From NCBI GenBank assembly GCA_003971905.1, contig RSEE01000026.1, forward strand, positions 620,001 through 684,000: a DNA stretch of 64,000 nucleotides. The letters are read 5' to 3'. Positions 52,439 to 64,000 of this stretch are shown piece by piece. The DNA comes from Moniliella sp. 'wahieum'. Taxonomy: Eukaryota. The notes under the pieces are model-generated. The model saw only the letters and a program-made list of their open reading frames with translations, did no database searches and had not been told where the DNA came from. Positions within the stretch are counted from its first letter, which is position 1; each line of letters opens with the position of its first letter. The position numbers and the translations under genes were made by a program.

Positions 52439-53985
52439 CACCGAAGCTTGAACAAGTTTTTCGGGACGAATTAATTGGTTCACATGTGGGGATCCCATGT
52501 CCCGTGTCCCATCTCTCCGATCTCGTATCTGAGTCTCAGATCTCAGATGTCTCTCGTGGTGTACCTGTGGGTACAGTCCAATGGCGGCCGTCGGGGGAAA
52601 CGATTGGAGCAAGGGGGCAGTGTCACGTGTGCCAAGCGCGGAAATGAAACGTGAAAAATGAAAAGCGATCAACGGTTGGAGGTTAGACGGTTTAACGTTT
52701 AACATTGAAAAGGGCATCCAACGGAGCCGCTAGCGACTCAACTGAACTGGTGCTGGCTGAGTGCTGGGTACTGGTACTGCATGCTGCGCATTACCTAAGG
52801 TGCCTGCTTGGAAGGGCGGGTGGGTCGTGTGCCAGGTATGGTGGAGGGTACTACAGCCTCGAAGTATATAGTGCGGCGCAACAATGGGTACTGGGTGTGC
52901 AGCACATGCCTCCCCACACGACCATCCCCACATGTTGCCAAGAAGGCTTGTGGGGGGTTGGGTGCAGAGTGCTGAGGCGCTCAGGCGAGCCACTCAGGCC
53001 GCGGATGTGATGGCATTCTGAAGGTGATACGGGTGACATGGAACCTGTGGGGCACGACGGCAGGAGGGCAGCCGGCGTGGGCGCGCGGGACAGTGTCGGG
53101 ACGCAGCTTGGCAGCCGGCAGCTCTGCGCGAGCAGAAGCGAGGCAGGGCGAGTGTCGATCATTTGCGGATCATCCATCCTCCATCCTCTACCTCTCCTCC
53201 ACCTTACCCCGGCTGGCCTGTGTACGCACACGATCGGCTGCCGATCTGGATGAACGACCGAACGGCCTGTCAACATGTCAACGTCCCTCTGCCCCTTGAA
53301 GCTTCAAGCTTCACGCGCTTCACGCACCGCCGGGCCTGCTGCCTCGTCTCCCCCACAGCCAGGCACAGTTCGCGCGTCTTCCCGCACACCGCATACACAG
53401 CCCCCGTCGGAGCACCCACCCAGTCTGACCATTCATCGATATCCCATCTCGCGGCACAACCGGTTTGCAGGCCCGATAGCAGAAACGGGAAAGAGTGACC
53501 CGGTGACGCCAGTCGGTGTTTGTCCTTGGCCTCCTCCTCACTTGCTGCGCGACTGAGTGCTGAGCGCCAGGGACGAGGTGAGCCAGGTGTGTGATGATAA
53601 CCGCTCAGCTTGAGCGCTGAGCCGACGCTCTCACCATTCACATATCGGCCAGCGAGGGCGCCAGCAGGCCCACCAGAGCGCAACCCACTCTACTCTTCCC
53701 ACAGTTTTCATGCCTCCTTCTGCCGATGCCGATTGCGCCACGACCCAAACATTTGAATCGTAGGCATCTCTGCCGTCGATATCTGTGACGTGTGGCCGTG
53801 GAGACTTCTATCTCTCAGCTGGTGGTCACCCCCTCACCTTTTCTGGCTCATCCCACCATCCCCTCCTTGTCCCCGAACCCACCATATAGGCTACCTACCG
53901 TCACGGGTTGCCTTGCACTTTCTTTTCTTTCAACCACACACTCGTTTTGTCTCGCCAAGCTCTCATCGTCTTCAGTGTGTGCACC

Positions 53986-55055
53986 ATGAAGCTCCGTGGC
54001 TACTATTGGATTGTGCCCGCTATGGCGGCCATGTGGTGGTTCATCTGCCTTGTTGGCCTCCTCGCTATCTGGGCAACGACTGGCCACGACCATTTCAGTG
54101 GCACGGCCGTCGTCGATGGTGAGCTCCGGACCAAGTACACCAAATCGGTGTACATTTCTGACATTGGGTACGTTTTTTCTCCCTTGGTTCTGTTCTGCTT
54201 TCAACCCCTCTCTCTCCCCATTCGAATTCGCGTCAGGAGCGGTAATGCTGACAACCCGTTTTGCGTCCAGTGCTGAGCACCAACACTTCTTCATCCGGCT
54301 TCTGCGTCCTGACGGCCTCATTTTACATTATGACCGTTCTTATTGAGCGTCACTTGCGTCACGAGCGTCACATCCCGGGCAGTCTTCACATGCGGACGAG
54401 TTGGTACGACTCGATCTCTCTTCTGTGTGCCGTGGTGGGATCGGTGGGGTTGATCATGCTCAGTATCTTCAACACATTTGCCCATGGCACCATCCACTGG
54501 TCCATGACGGCTACGTTTATTATGGGAGCGCTCTTGTCGGTTCTGTTCCAGACGATCATGCTCTTTGACCTGTCCAAATCCCACGACCACGTTGCCGCTG
54601 CCGCTAAACAACTCTTGTACCCTGCGGTGCTCAAACTAATCATCTTTATCCTCGCCATCATTGTGGCCGTTGCGTTTGCCACGCTTTACATGTCCTGCCG
54701 TGGCGAGCGCTTCTTTGAAAAGGGCGAGGTGTGCAATACGCGGATTAGTGCCGCGGCAGGATGCGAGTGGACAATTGCCTTCTTGTTGGTTGTCTACCTG
54801 TTGACGTACGTGTACGACTTTTGGCCTGCGCGCAAGGACTCGGAGACGGTCGCTGCCGAAGGCTGGACGTCCAAGGACGGTTACGCCAGGCCAAGTGAAT
54901 TTGGCAAACCCTACCACGCCAATTCCAGCTACTACCTCCTCCCGAGCCGTCGGTCGAGTACCAATCGGTCGTCATTCCCGACCTGCCTAAAGAATCGGCA
55001 TCTTACGTTTCTCGCTACTCGCCCCGCTCGGGCGACGATGCGAAAATTCTCATGA
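53986..55055 (+). CDS. SFK1: Frag1/DRAM/Sfk1-family multi-pass membrane protein; intron 54168-54270 (end approximate)
   Basis: WWFICLVGLLAIW...VYISDIG|AEHQHFFI, ERHLRH, GLIMLSIFNTFAHGTIHWS, AAAGCEWTIAF...YLLTYVYDFWPA. Confidence 0.85.
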
Positions 55056-56672
55056 GCCCTAGCGACACGGCCTTGACAACCCCTCCTTTGTCGTGTCTGA
55101 TTCCCAGGCCGCACTCAAACGTCCCGCGTACCCTTCCCCTCTCGGCCAGTAGTAGCCTCCTCCCGTCCCTGGGGCTCCATTGTGGCCCCTGATGCGCACG
55201 AGGGTACCCCTCTCCAATGCCATTGACTGTCATTGCCTTTCTTGACATCCTCCCGCCTCTTACCCTCTTTGGATTACTCTCTCACCAACACTCGACAACC
55301 CTCGACTCTCGACAACACTCGATTCTCCCTCTCGCCCTCTCCTTCTCCAACTGCTTTCTACACTTGACCTGCTACTGCCCTCCAGGCGCCACACTCCCAC
55401 CTCGTATTGTACACTCGACACTTTGCTCGTTCCGTGTGCGCAGGCGCACTACCCCCACACGGCCTTGACGGCCTCGTCGAGAGTGTCCCCCTGCGGGCTT
55501 GGTTGCCAGGTATATTGACACTACATTACGTTCTGTCCCCCCTCTTCAATTATACGTTCAGACACACTGATGGCTTTGTTTGGCTCGCGTGTAATCATCA
55601 GTGGCATAGCGTATCATCGCTCGGTAGCCTTAGCTGTGGGGGTGTTAGCAGCCGCGTGTCCGTCGTGTGGCTGGCTATCATTAATCATTGCTCTTTCCAC
55701 TGCTCAGGGCTGTTCCGAGTGTGTGTACTTAGGAACAGACACTTCTTTTTCCCAGCTGTACCTGTACGGCACAGCATGTGGTGCCTCCTTGTTAGTAGGC
55801 CTCAACACAGGCGGCCCCCTCTCTCCCGTATTCCCTGTACGTCCTGCGTCTTCTGTCTTTGTCTCCGGTGGCTGCGTTTGCCGGTACCTTGGGGCACGCA
55901 CCGGCTCCAATTCTCGCCTCTCCTTTGGCTCTGGTCCGCTGTAACATGTAAGTTGAACTGATGCTGGGGTTGGGGTTGGGTGTGGCATGTGAGGACGCAG
56001 TGGCGCGGAGAGTATGTGAGTAGGGTATAACCATCGCTGACCCAGTTTGGGGGTGGCAGCCGAGATGGGGACGGATGGCTGGGGTGTGTGCCTGGCGGCG
56101 TCCGCTGGCGAGTGCCTGGTGGGCATGCGCGGCTGCTCCCTTTCCTCGGCATAGGCAGCTGCGCTGGCCTGCGCAGGCAGGCTGGGTTTGCGTTTGGATT
56201 CATCGTGGCTGCCCTGCGCACGCACAGCCCAGCGCACCTCAGCACTCAACGTACTCAGCCTGAGCTGAGCCTTGCATGCGGCCGCCCGGCACGCGCCTCT
56301 GTCTCCCAGCCGCCCCAGGCCGCGCCCGGCAGCAGCCCCACACTGCCCCCGTGCGGCCCCCGCCTGCGCATGCGCCCTACATCCGTGTGCGGCCTGCGCG
56401 GCCCCGCCCCGTGCAGGGTGCGTGATTAATTCGTGATGTCCTGCTTCCTCCCCTCCCGCCCGCGCGCACCGCCCTCCAGCGCTCGCCTCCCGCCATCCGC
56501 ACCGCGTCCCGCCCCCGGTCTCAGATCGCGCCCGCCCCCCCCACCATCTCCCGCGCCCCCTCCGCCCCGCCCGGCGCCGCCCCTCCCAGCTCCGCCCGCG
56601 CCCACCACCTCCTCGCGCGAGTGCGAGTGCGAGCGACCGAGGGAGCGAGCGCGCCCGGAGCCCACCGCCACC

Positions 56673-59600
56673 ATGCCCACCGCCCTCCCCCCTTCCTCTC
56701 CGCCGCGCCCCTCGGCGCCGCCCACCCCGCCAAGGTCACCTTGTCGTCCACGCCACCATCCACGAGGTCGCCGACGTCCCCGTCCTTGCTGGCCAGTGCT
56801 CTCTCAGCTGGCGCCTCCCGCCCCACTCCCTCGCCAACGCCGCCCCGCCGCCCTCCTCGCCCTGCCCTCCTCCCATCCGCCGCCCCGCCCCTGCCCGCCG
56901 ATGCTGCGCCTCTTGCTACCCCCACCCCTCCCCCTCCCCCCGGCCCAGCGCCAGCAGCTCTCGCTCCGCGTCTCCGCAGGCCACCCCCCAAGCCAGCGCC
57001 CCGCGCAACCCGCGCCGTGAATCGCTTTCTGACGTCCTTCCCGCGCCGCGCCCCGGCCACCTTTCCACCCCCGTCCGCTCAGCCCGCCTCTGCTCCCCGT
57101 AGTGGGCCCGCCTGCGACTTCGAATTCGCTGCCTCCTCCCGCTCTGCCGTCTCCCCCAGCTCCCCTCTCGCTGCCTGCCTCCTCCCGGCCCCGTACAAGG
57201 AGTGGCAAGAGCGTGCGGAGCGCACACGTGGCCACCGCTCACCCCCCTTTCCACTGCCCCTCCTCCTCTCCCTGCCCACTCTCTGTCGCGATTGAACACG
57301 AATGGCAACCAGGCGCCTATCCGGCCCTCGGAGAGTAGGGGCATACCCCAGGGGCAACGGTCCGCCCACGTGGCCCGTTCGAACGCACGCTGATTTTGCC
57401 GTTCGTGTGACCCATCCGCCCCGCGGAGCACTGACAAGGCTGGATCCGCCAAGGCGGCTCCTGGGACGCGTCTCACTCTCGGTTGCGCCGTAACGTCCAC
57501 CTCCACCCCGGGGCGGGAGGAGGATGCGCGTTCGACCTCCGTCCGTTCGGCCGCTTGGTCCACCGGCGCATCGCTTTCCCACGTTGGAAACGGCCAACGC
57601 AACGAACGGCTTGTTTGCCGCGCCTGAGGACGTGCCGGGCGAACTGGACACGAGCATGCTCCATCTCGTTGTCACCCAGCACATCCCGCAAGATTCCGGT
57701 CGGACCGAACAAGAGGTCTTGGCCATGCGATATCAACTTGGCCGAGTATGCGCCGCCGGCACCCAAACCTTCCTCCTCCTCCTCCTCCATAGTCACCTCA
57801 CCGCGCATAGCCTCCACCCACCCAAATCCAAGCCTTCCGATACACGCACCGATACCCGCAAATTTCTCTTGGCCGCTGGCAAAACCAACGCTCTGTTGAG
57901 GGTCACCTTGACGATTCGCCGGGTAGGCGGAGGCAGTGGCGCCGGAGGCGGATACTCCCTGCCGCCCATCTCGACCGGAATCCCGGTCGCCATGTGGCGC
58001 TCGCCCAACCCGTCACTGCCCAGGGCGCGGTCCAAGGCAAGCACCATCGCTTCGGCTCGCTTGGCGATCCGACAGGGACGCCGTCCGGATCGGGACCCGG
58101 TTCGGTCTCGGCCTCGGCTACGGGAACGGGAACGCACACGCTCGATGGCTCGGATACAGCTTCGTCCCACTCGTTTGGCGCTGGGTCTGGGTCGATGTTC
58201 TTTCTCGTCCGCCCTCGGCCCGCACCGCACCTGCCCTCTCGCGCTCCCGCTCGGCACTCGTCCTTCCGCCCGCACGCGCACACGACCCACAACCGCCGGA
58301 TCGAGCCAGGAAGAAGAAGCTACCAAGGGCGGCGGCTACTCCTATTCCCCTTCGATGCAGAGCGGAGGCGGAGCTGGGCCCAGCACTAGTCCTCACCCTT
58401 TGCCCACCACAAATTTGCCTGGAACCAGCTCGTTTCACCCGAACGGGTACGGTTTCTTTGACTTGGGTCCTGATCCGGCGGCGGCGGTGACGCCATCTCG
58501 GTAGTGGACCAAATTTTTGCCCAGACCTTGCCGATGCCCGCCGGGACCGCGCAGCACCCGACGCTGGGCTGGCAATGAGGCCCGACCACATCTTGATCTG
58601 GAAGGCGCTTCGTCTCCTCGACCCATTCTCATGCCCAGGCCCAGGTCCATGCCCGTGCCCATGCCCAGCCATGCGCGTACCCATGCACAGCTCCATCTGT
58701 CTTCTTCTCCGCATGCTATCGCTACCGCTACAGCGACCAGTGCACGACCACCCGCTTCTGCTTCCGCTTCCGCTTCCTCCTCCTCTCCTTGCTCTTCCTC
58801 ATCCCACTCGTCCCCACGAACGATGGCCAAGTCCTTCCCCACGACCGAATCGATCGCTGAGCTGGAAGAGGTGCCTTCCAATACACCCACCACTCGCAGA
58901 TGGCCCCCACCGATTGGCCTCGGCTTGTCCCCTAGTACCTCCACCCTGCGTACCCGAACCCCAAGCGAGACCCAATCCCAACGTCAAGGCCAATCCCATC
59001 CCAATCCCAATCCAAAACCAAGGCCAAAACCAGAATGGCCAACCGAGTCCAACAGCACGCACGCCGCGCCTACTCCCCGCGTCGCAGCATCAGTCCCAGT
59101 CCCAGTTCCAGGTCGGCGGGGGACGGGCACCAAGGCGACGGTGTACCTGCCTCGCCACGCTCGTTCACGCTTTCTACCACCTCCTTCCCTCTCCCTGCTT
59201 CTGCGTCGCATCTGCGTCTGCGACCGCTTCGTCCCGCGACTCGGCCAGCACGCATTCCCAACCTCCCAGCGCATTTCGTCGTCCGTCAGTGCGTAGCACA
59301 CGTACTGTGCCGGCACTCTTGTCGCACACCCAAGCCTCCCCTACTCCATCAGCTCCATTAGCCCCATCATCCCCATCATCCCCATCAACCCCTTCGGCCC
59401 CATCAGCCCCATCAGCGCCAACGGCGCCAACGAGCCCTGCACGTCCGCCCTCGCTCCTGTCCATCCGAGCGGACGTCCCCGCCCCCACCCCGCGAGCACG
59501 GCGACCGTCCGGGTCGTCGCTCCTGCGTCTGTGGCGGCCCAAACGCTCGCCCCGGCCTAGTGTACGCGTAACTCCCCCCTCGGACTTCGAGGCGGACTCG

Positions 59601-59978
59601 ACGGGCGTGCGTGCAGGTGCAAGTGCAAGTGCGGGTGCGGGTGGTGATACTTTGGTAGAGGTGAGTGGGCAGGGCCCGGTGCCGGGGTCGGGTGCGGGTT
59701 CGGGGGCAGGGGCAGGGACGGGGCCTCCCCCTCGGGTGGAGCACGGTTTCGGCGGTGGTCCAAGCTGGTACGGCAGCCGGGTCGATTGGTGTGCCTCGAC
59801 GAGAGACGTTGTTGGCTGTGCACACGCACGCACATACGCCTCCTCGTCCAGGCTTGCCTCGATCACTTTCCTCCCCCGTTGTGCATCCCCATGCCCATGC
59901 TCATCCGCAGACGGCCGCCCCGTCGTGAGCGTACTCTTCAGTGCAAGCCCTTGTGCTGGGCACTTGAGGGTGGGTTAG
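56673..59978 (+). CDS. NT-C2 (EEIG1/EHBP1-type) domain protein with long Pro/Ser-rich regions (frameshifted)
   Basis: LDTSMLHLVVTQ...INLAEYA and TRKFLLAAGKTNALLRVTLTIRRVGG match the NT-C2 C-terminal strands. Both limits approximate. Confidence 0.6.
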
Positions 59979-61277
59979 GGGGATTGGGAAGGGGGTTCCC
60001 GTTTCCCGTTTCCCCTTGGTTCATCTTCTCCTTTCTGTCGTACTTTTTTGTCCCGGCCTTGTTCTGCTGTTGTACTACTTGCTTTGTTCGCCTTTGGCCA
60101 GAAGGATGTGGTAGTGGTGGTAGGGGTGGATGGTGGTGGTAGGGGTGAGGGGGTTCAGCCACCGTTACCGCGTTACCCTCAGATCGGCCTCGTTCCCTCC
60201 CTCCCTCCCCATCCTTCGCATCTCGGATTTTGAATCTTGTACATCTTGTACATCTTGGGCATCTTGTGCATGTTGGGCATCTTGGGCTTTGGATCTTGGA
60301 TCTCTGGGTCTTTTGGATCTTGGATCTTGCATATGGTTGCACGCTACCCCCCCCCCACTCTACCCCGCCTCTCTCCTGCTCGGGAGGAAACCAAGCTCAC
60401 TCTGGATCTCGCATTTTCTTTTTTTTCTCTTTCGTACCGGGTACCCTCATCTGAACCCTTCCCCTTCCCTTTCCCCCCCCTCTTCATCGCCCTCCTTCCT
60501 TCGCTCATATACTCCTTTGCTCCTCCGCTCCTCGCTCCTTTGCTCCTTTTCCCCATCGATCGTATCCATCCTCTCATCATTCCATCGTCCCATCTCCCAT
60601 CGTTCTATTGTCCCTTCGTTCCATCGTTCCATCGTTTTATCGTTCCATCGTTTCTCTCTCCCGGCATGGTTTCGCTTCGCTTCCAGTGCGTCTTATATCA
60701 TCGACTACCGCGCCGCCACCGCCGCCGCCCTACCTACACGTGTGCCTCTTGCTTCTTACAAAGTGCAGATCGGGTGAGCGTGGTAGAGAGAGAGAGAGAG
60801 CGAGAGAGAGTGTGTGTATGACTGTTACTGCAGTGGCGAGATCAGTACTCAGTCTTGGCGGCTTGAATTGGAGTAGGAGTGGTGCGTACCGACGTGGAAC
60901 TGGGGAGACAAAAGGCCAGAGCAGCGACCTGCCTGGGCCCTGCTTAGCTTCGGGCCGCTTGGGGGCCTGGGGGCCTGGGGCGCAGGCCACCGCACCAGAA
61001 CAGTGTCACGTGTGGCGAGCCGGCTGGGCGCGCTGGTGTGGCGCGCGGGCCAGCAGCAGGCAGCAGCCCACTCCCGGCCGCCCCCGCGTGAGGCGCCATG
61101 GGTGATGCGCTCCCCGCACGGGGCCACATGCCCGCCCAGCCCTGCACGGGGGCTGCGTGGGCTGTCGCATCACTATCACACCATCACGCATCACGCATCC
61201 CAGCACTTTAGCTCGGCCAGATGTTACCGCCGCGGCCGTCCGTCTCTCCACCACGCGCCAGCGCCCCGCCCCCCGCC

Positions 61278-62673
61278 ATGGCTGCTGTCGCTCCCTCGCC
61301 GCCTGTGCCCTCCCGCCACAGCATCACCCCGCCCTTGACCGTGGGCGAGAACGGGACGGCGGAGGCTGTCGTGCGCAATGGCAATGGCAATGGCATGCCC
61401 TCTGCCGCGTCTGCCGCCCCGGCCTCGAGCCACCACCACACGCTTTCCAACGGCACCGACCCCCGCTCTGACAAGCCCAAGAAGGACCGCTCTGACCCGA
61501 GCGCCCACGATGCCAAGGACAAAGATAAGGACAAAGATAAGGACAAGGACAAGGACAAGGAGAAGGACAAGGATGCCAGCAGCCGCGCTGCTGTGCGCAT
61601 TGCTGTGCCCCACTTGCCCTCGGCCCGCGTGGCCCAGGCACCAGCGCCGAGCATGTACTGGTCTCGCTCCCCTGTCCATGGTGTCGCGCCACGCCGGCCG
61701 TTCCGCGCGCACAGTGCTACGTTGGGAGACGAGACAGTGTACGTGTTTGGCGGGTGCGATTCGAAAGGCTGTTTCCGCGAGCTGTGGACGTTTGATACCG
61801 AGACCATGTGTTGGTCCCGCCCGCGCGTGGCCGGCGAGGTACCAACCCCGCGCCGTGCCCATTCTGCCTGCATGATTGACCATACGCTCTACATCTTTGC
61901 CGGTGGAGATGGTCCGCACTACTTTAACGATCTCTATGTCTTGGACACGCTCTCTCTCTCTGGTCCAAGCCCCAGCCGGGTGTTCAGGTTTTGGGCACGC
62001 CTCCTTCGCCCCGTCGTGCTCATACGGCCAATGCGTGGAACGGCCAGATGATCGTATTTGGCGGTGGCAATGGGGTGGGGGCGCTGAACGACGTGTACAG
62101 CCTTGTTCCCGTCTCCTCCGACCCGGCGCCCGAGGGCGAAGGCACCGACAAGCAGGTCCAGCAGACCGTACTGCAATGGTCCAAATGGGAGTGCACGGGT
62201 AAGGCGCCCGCCGGACGCGGCTACCACACTGCCAACATTGTGGACGACAAGTTGATCGTGATTGGTGGCTCGGACGGCCACATGAGCTTCAACGACATTC
62301 ACATTCTTCAGCTCGATACCAAGGTCTGGTACCAAATCAAGACGGACGAAGTGCACTACCGTCTTGGCCACACTGCCACCCAAGTCGGCTCGTACCTGTT
62401 TGTCATCGGCGGCCATGACAGCAAGTCCTACACCACCGAGATCTTGAGTCTCAACCTGGTCAACTTGCAATGGGAAAAGCGCAAGGCATATGGCGCTCCA
62501 CCATCCGGTCGCGGGTACCACCAAACTTGGCTCCGCGACTCTCGCCTCTTTGTCCATGGTGGGTTCGATGGTAAGGACGTGTACGGGGACATGTGGTACC
62601 TTGATTTGGCTGCCTCGGCTTACCTCCGCCCCAAATCACCTCCTTTACTATTGAGCTCGAGGAGGAGCAGTAA
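61278..62673 (+). CDS. Kelch-repeat beta-propeller protein
   Basis: RAHSAT...VYVFGG, RRAHSAC...LYIFAGG, RRAHTA...MIVFGGG, RGYHTA...LIVIGG, RLGHTAT...LFVIGG, RGYHQT...LFVHGG; (DK)n tract. Ends LPQITSFTIELEEEQ* after a frameshift. Confidence 0.9.
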
Positions 62674-63256
62674 CTAGTAACCACTTAACGTGACATCCAT
62701 ACTCTCGCCCACTCCGTGGCCTTTCCTCGGTATCTCGTGCGCGCCTTTTTTCCCTGGATCGTACGGGCACCACCGCGCTGCCTCCTTGGACCACTCCCCT
62801 CTCCTCTGTTGACCTCCTATTGCTCTGTAGTAGGCCCTAGCCTGGTTTTCCCCGTACAGGCTCCCCGCGGGTAGGGCTCTTTCTCTCTCAATCTCATCGA
62901 TATGACCCTCCCTATCGTACTGCTCAATGCATCTGAAGGCAGACCAAGGACCAGACGGGCGTAGCCTTAGGCCTCCGAGGCCTTGCTCCCCCCTACCACC
63001 TTCTCTCAGTGTACTAGCTCATGCATCAACAGACGTGAGCCAATGGGCCCAGCTAGGTGCCTTGGCGCCTCCAGGAAGGTACCCATGCCGTAGACAGGTG
63101 GTACGCGTCCCTCGCGCCACAGGGGTAGTAGATCAGGTGCTCAGGTGCATTGCTGTCTCGCGTAGAGATGATTCGCTAGCTTAGACTCGACACAGGAGCC
63201 CAACGTCCCCTGCGGGTCCACGGCGCGTCGCAGGTCGGAGCACCTACGATGCGAGC

Positions 63257-63612
63257 TTAGTGCTCCGCCTTGGGCGCCAAGCGAGCTAAGGTAAGGTATC
63301 CCAAAAGTAAAGTCAGTTTTCATCGGGGGTCATCGAGTCATCGAGCGTCATCAACATCGATCCTCCATCCACGTTCCACCTTGCGCAGAACAAAAAGCAC
63401 ACTGCTGGGTCTACAGCGAGGCAGAGGGGATCAACAGGTTCACGGAACGTACCCCATGGGTTCTTGGGGTCCTTGAGTGCCTCGGGGGTGTTGCTGCCCT
63501 TGTCCTGGGTGTTCTTGATCAAGTAGCCCACCACGCCCGTAGCCAAGATGAAGGGGAAGAGGGGCTTGACGATGGGCGTGGAGTAGACGCGGAAACCAAG
63601 GAACGTCGACAT
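63257..63612 (-). CDS. ATP18: Mitochondrial ATP synthase subunit j (i); intron 63286-63452
   Basis: MSTFLGFRVYSTPIVKPLFPFILATGVVGYLI...SNTPEALKDPKNPW; spliced (GTACGT...ACTGAC...TAG) to ARLAPKAEH*. Confidence 0.9.
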
Positions 63613-64000
63613 GGTCAAGATCAGCTCGACACAACAAGACAAGGCGTGGGGGGTAGGCAATTGGGCAGAGCCAACGAGGGAGTCCACACGCGCTCAAGCC
63701 CTTCTCCCGCTTCCTCTCGCCTTGACTTGACCAGACAGAAGCGGCTGTCCGCTCCGTTTCCAAGCCCTGCGCCGGAAGCCGGAAGCTGCGAGAGGCTACA
63801 CTGCCCCCCTCCCGCCTCTTACGCAGCGGGGCGACACTGGCCCCCTTCGCGCTGGACGCGTCCGCTGGCACCGTGGCGCCCCGACAGACCCCGTCCCTAG
63901 TGCATGATGCTCCCGACGCGTGATAGCTACGTAATGCAAGTGAAATTGCACCGGTGGCTTGTAGGGTTCGGCGCGGCACGTGCATACGACCCAAATCGCA

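Overview
This is a GC-rich, intron-poor eukaryotic genomic window from a basidiomycete fungus, most likely Ustilaginomycotina (smut relatives), judged from gene content and Rrm4-like, beta-flanking, Sfk1 and Pil1-type proteins. Almost every conserved gene is broken by 1-2 nt indels, which points to an unpolished long-read assembly rather than pseudogenes, so CDS limits were reconstructed across frames and some are approximate. About 25 protein-coding genes can be supported, including Pil1-like, Rrm4-like (RRM + 3 MLLE), DMA1, CMR1/WDR76-like, PUS1, pirin, SUZ protein, GUT2, casein kinase I, beta-flanking protein, a bHLH factor, a secreted two-repeat protein, RIM1, CCC1/VIT1, LPD1, RRN3, MRP7/bL27m, COX24/mS38, SFK1, an NT-C2 protein, a kelch protein and ATP18. 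No rRNA, tRNA, CRISPR array or intact transposon was seen. The most striking unexplained signal is a window-wide intergenic heptamer grammar: TCA/TGA trinucleotides alternating in exact 7-bp register with self-complementary tetramers (AGCT, ACGT, TGCA, GTAC, CTAG, GATC, TCGA, TTAA, CGCG, CATG, GGCC, GCGC, CCGG). Different tetramers sometimes occur within one array, which suggests a specific mutational or DNA-processing mechanism, or a binding-site code.
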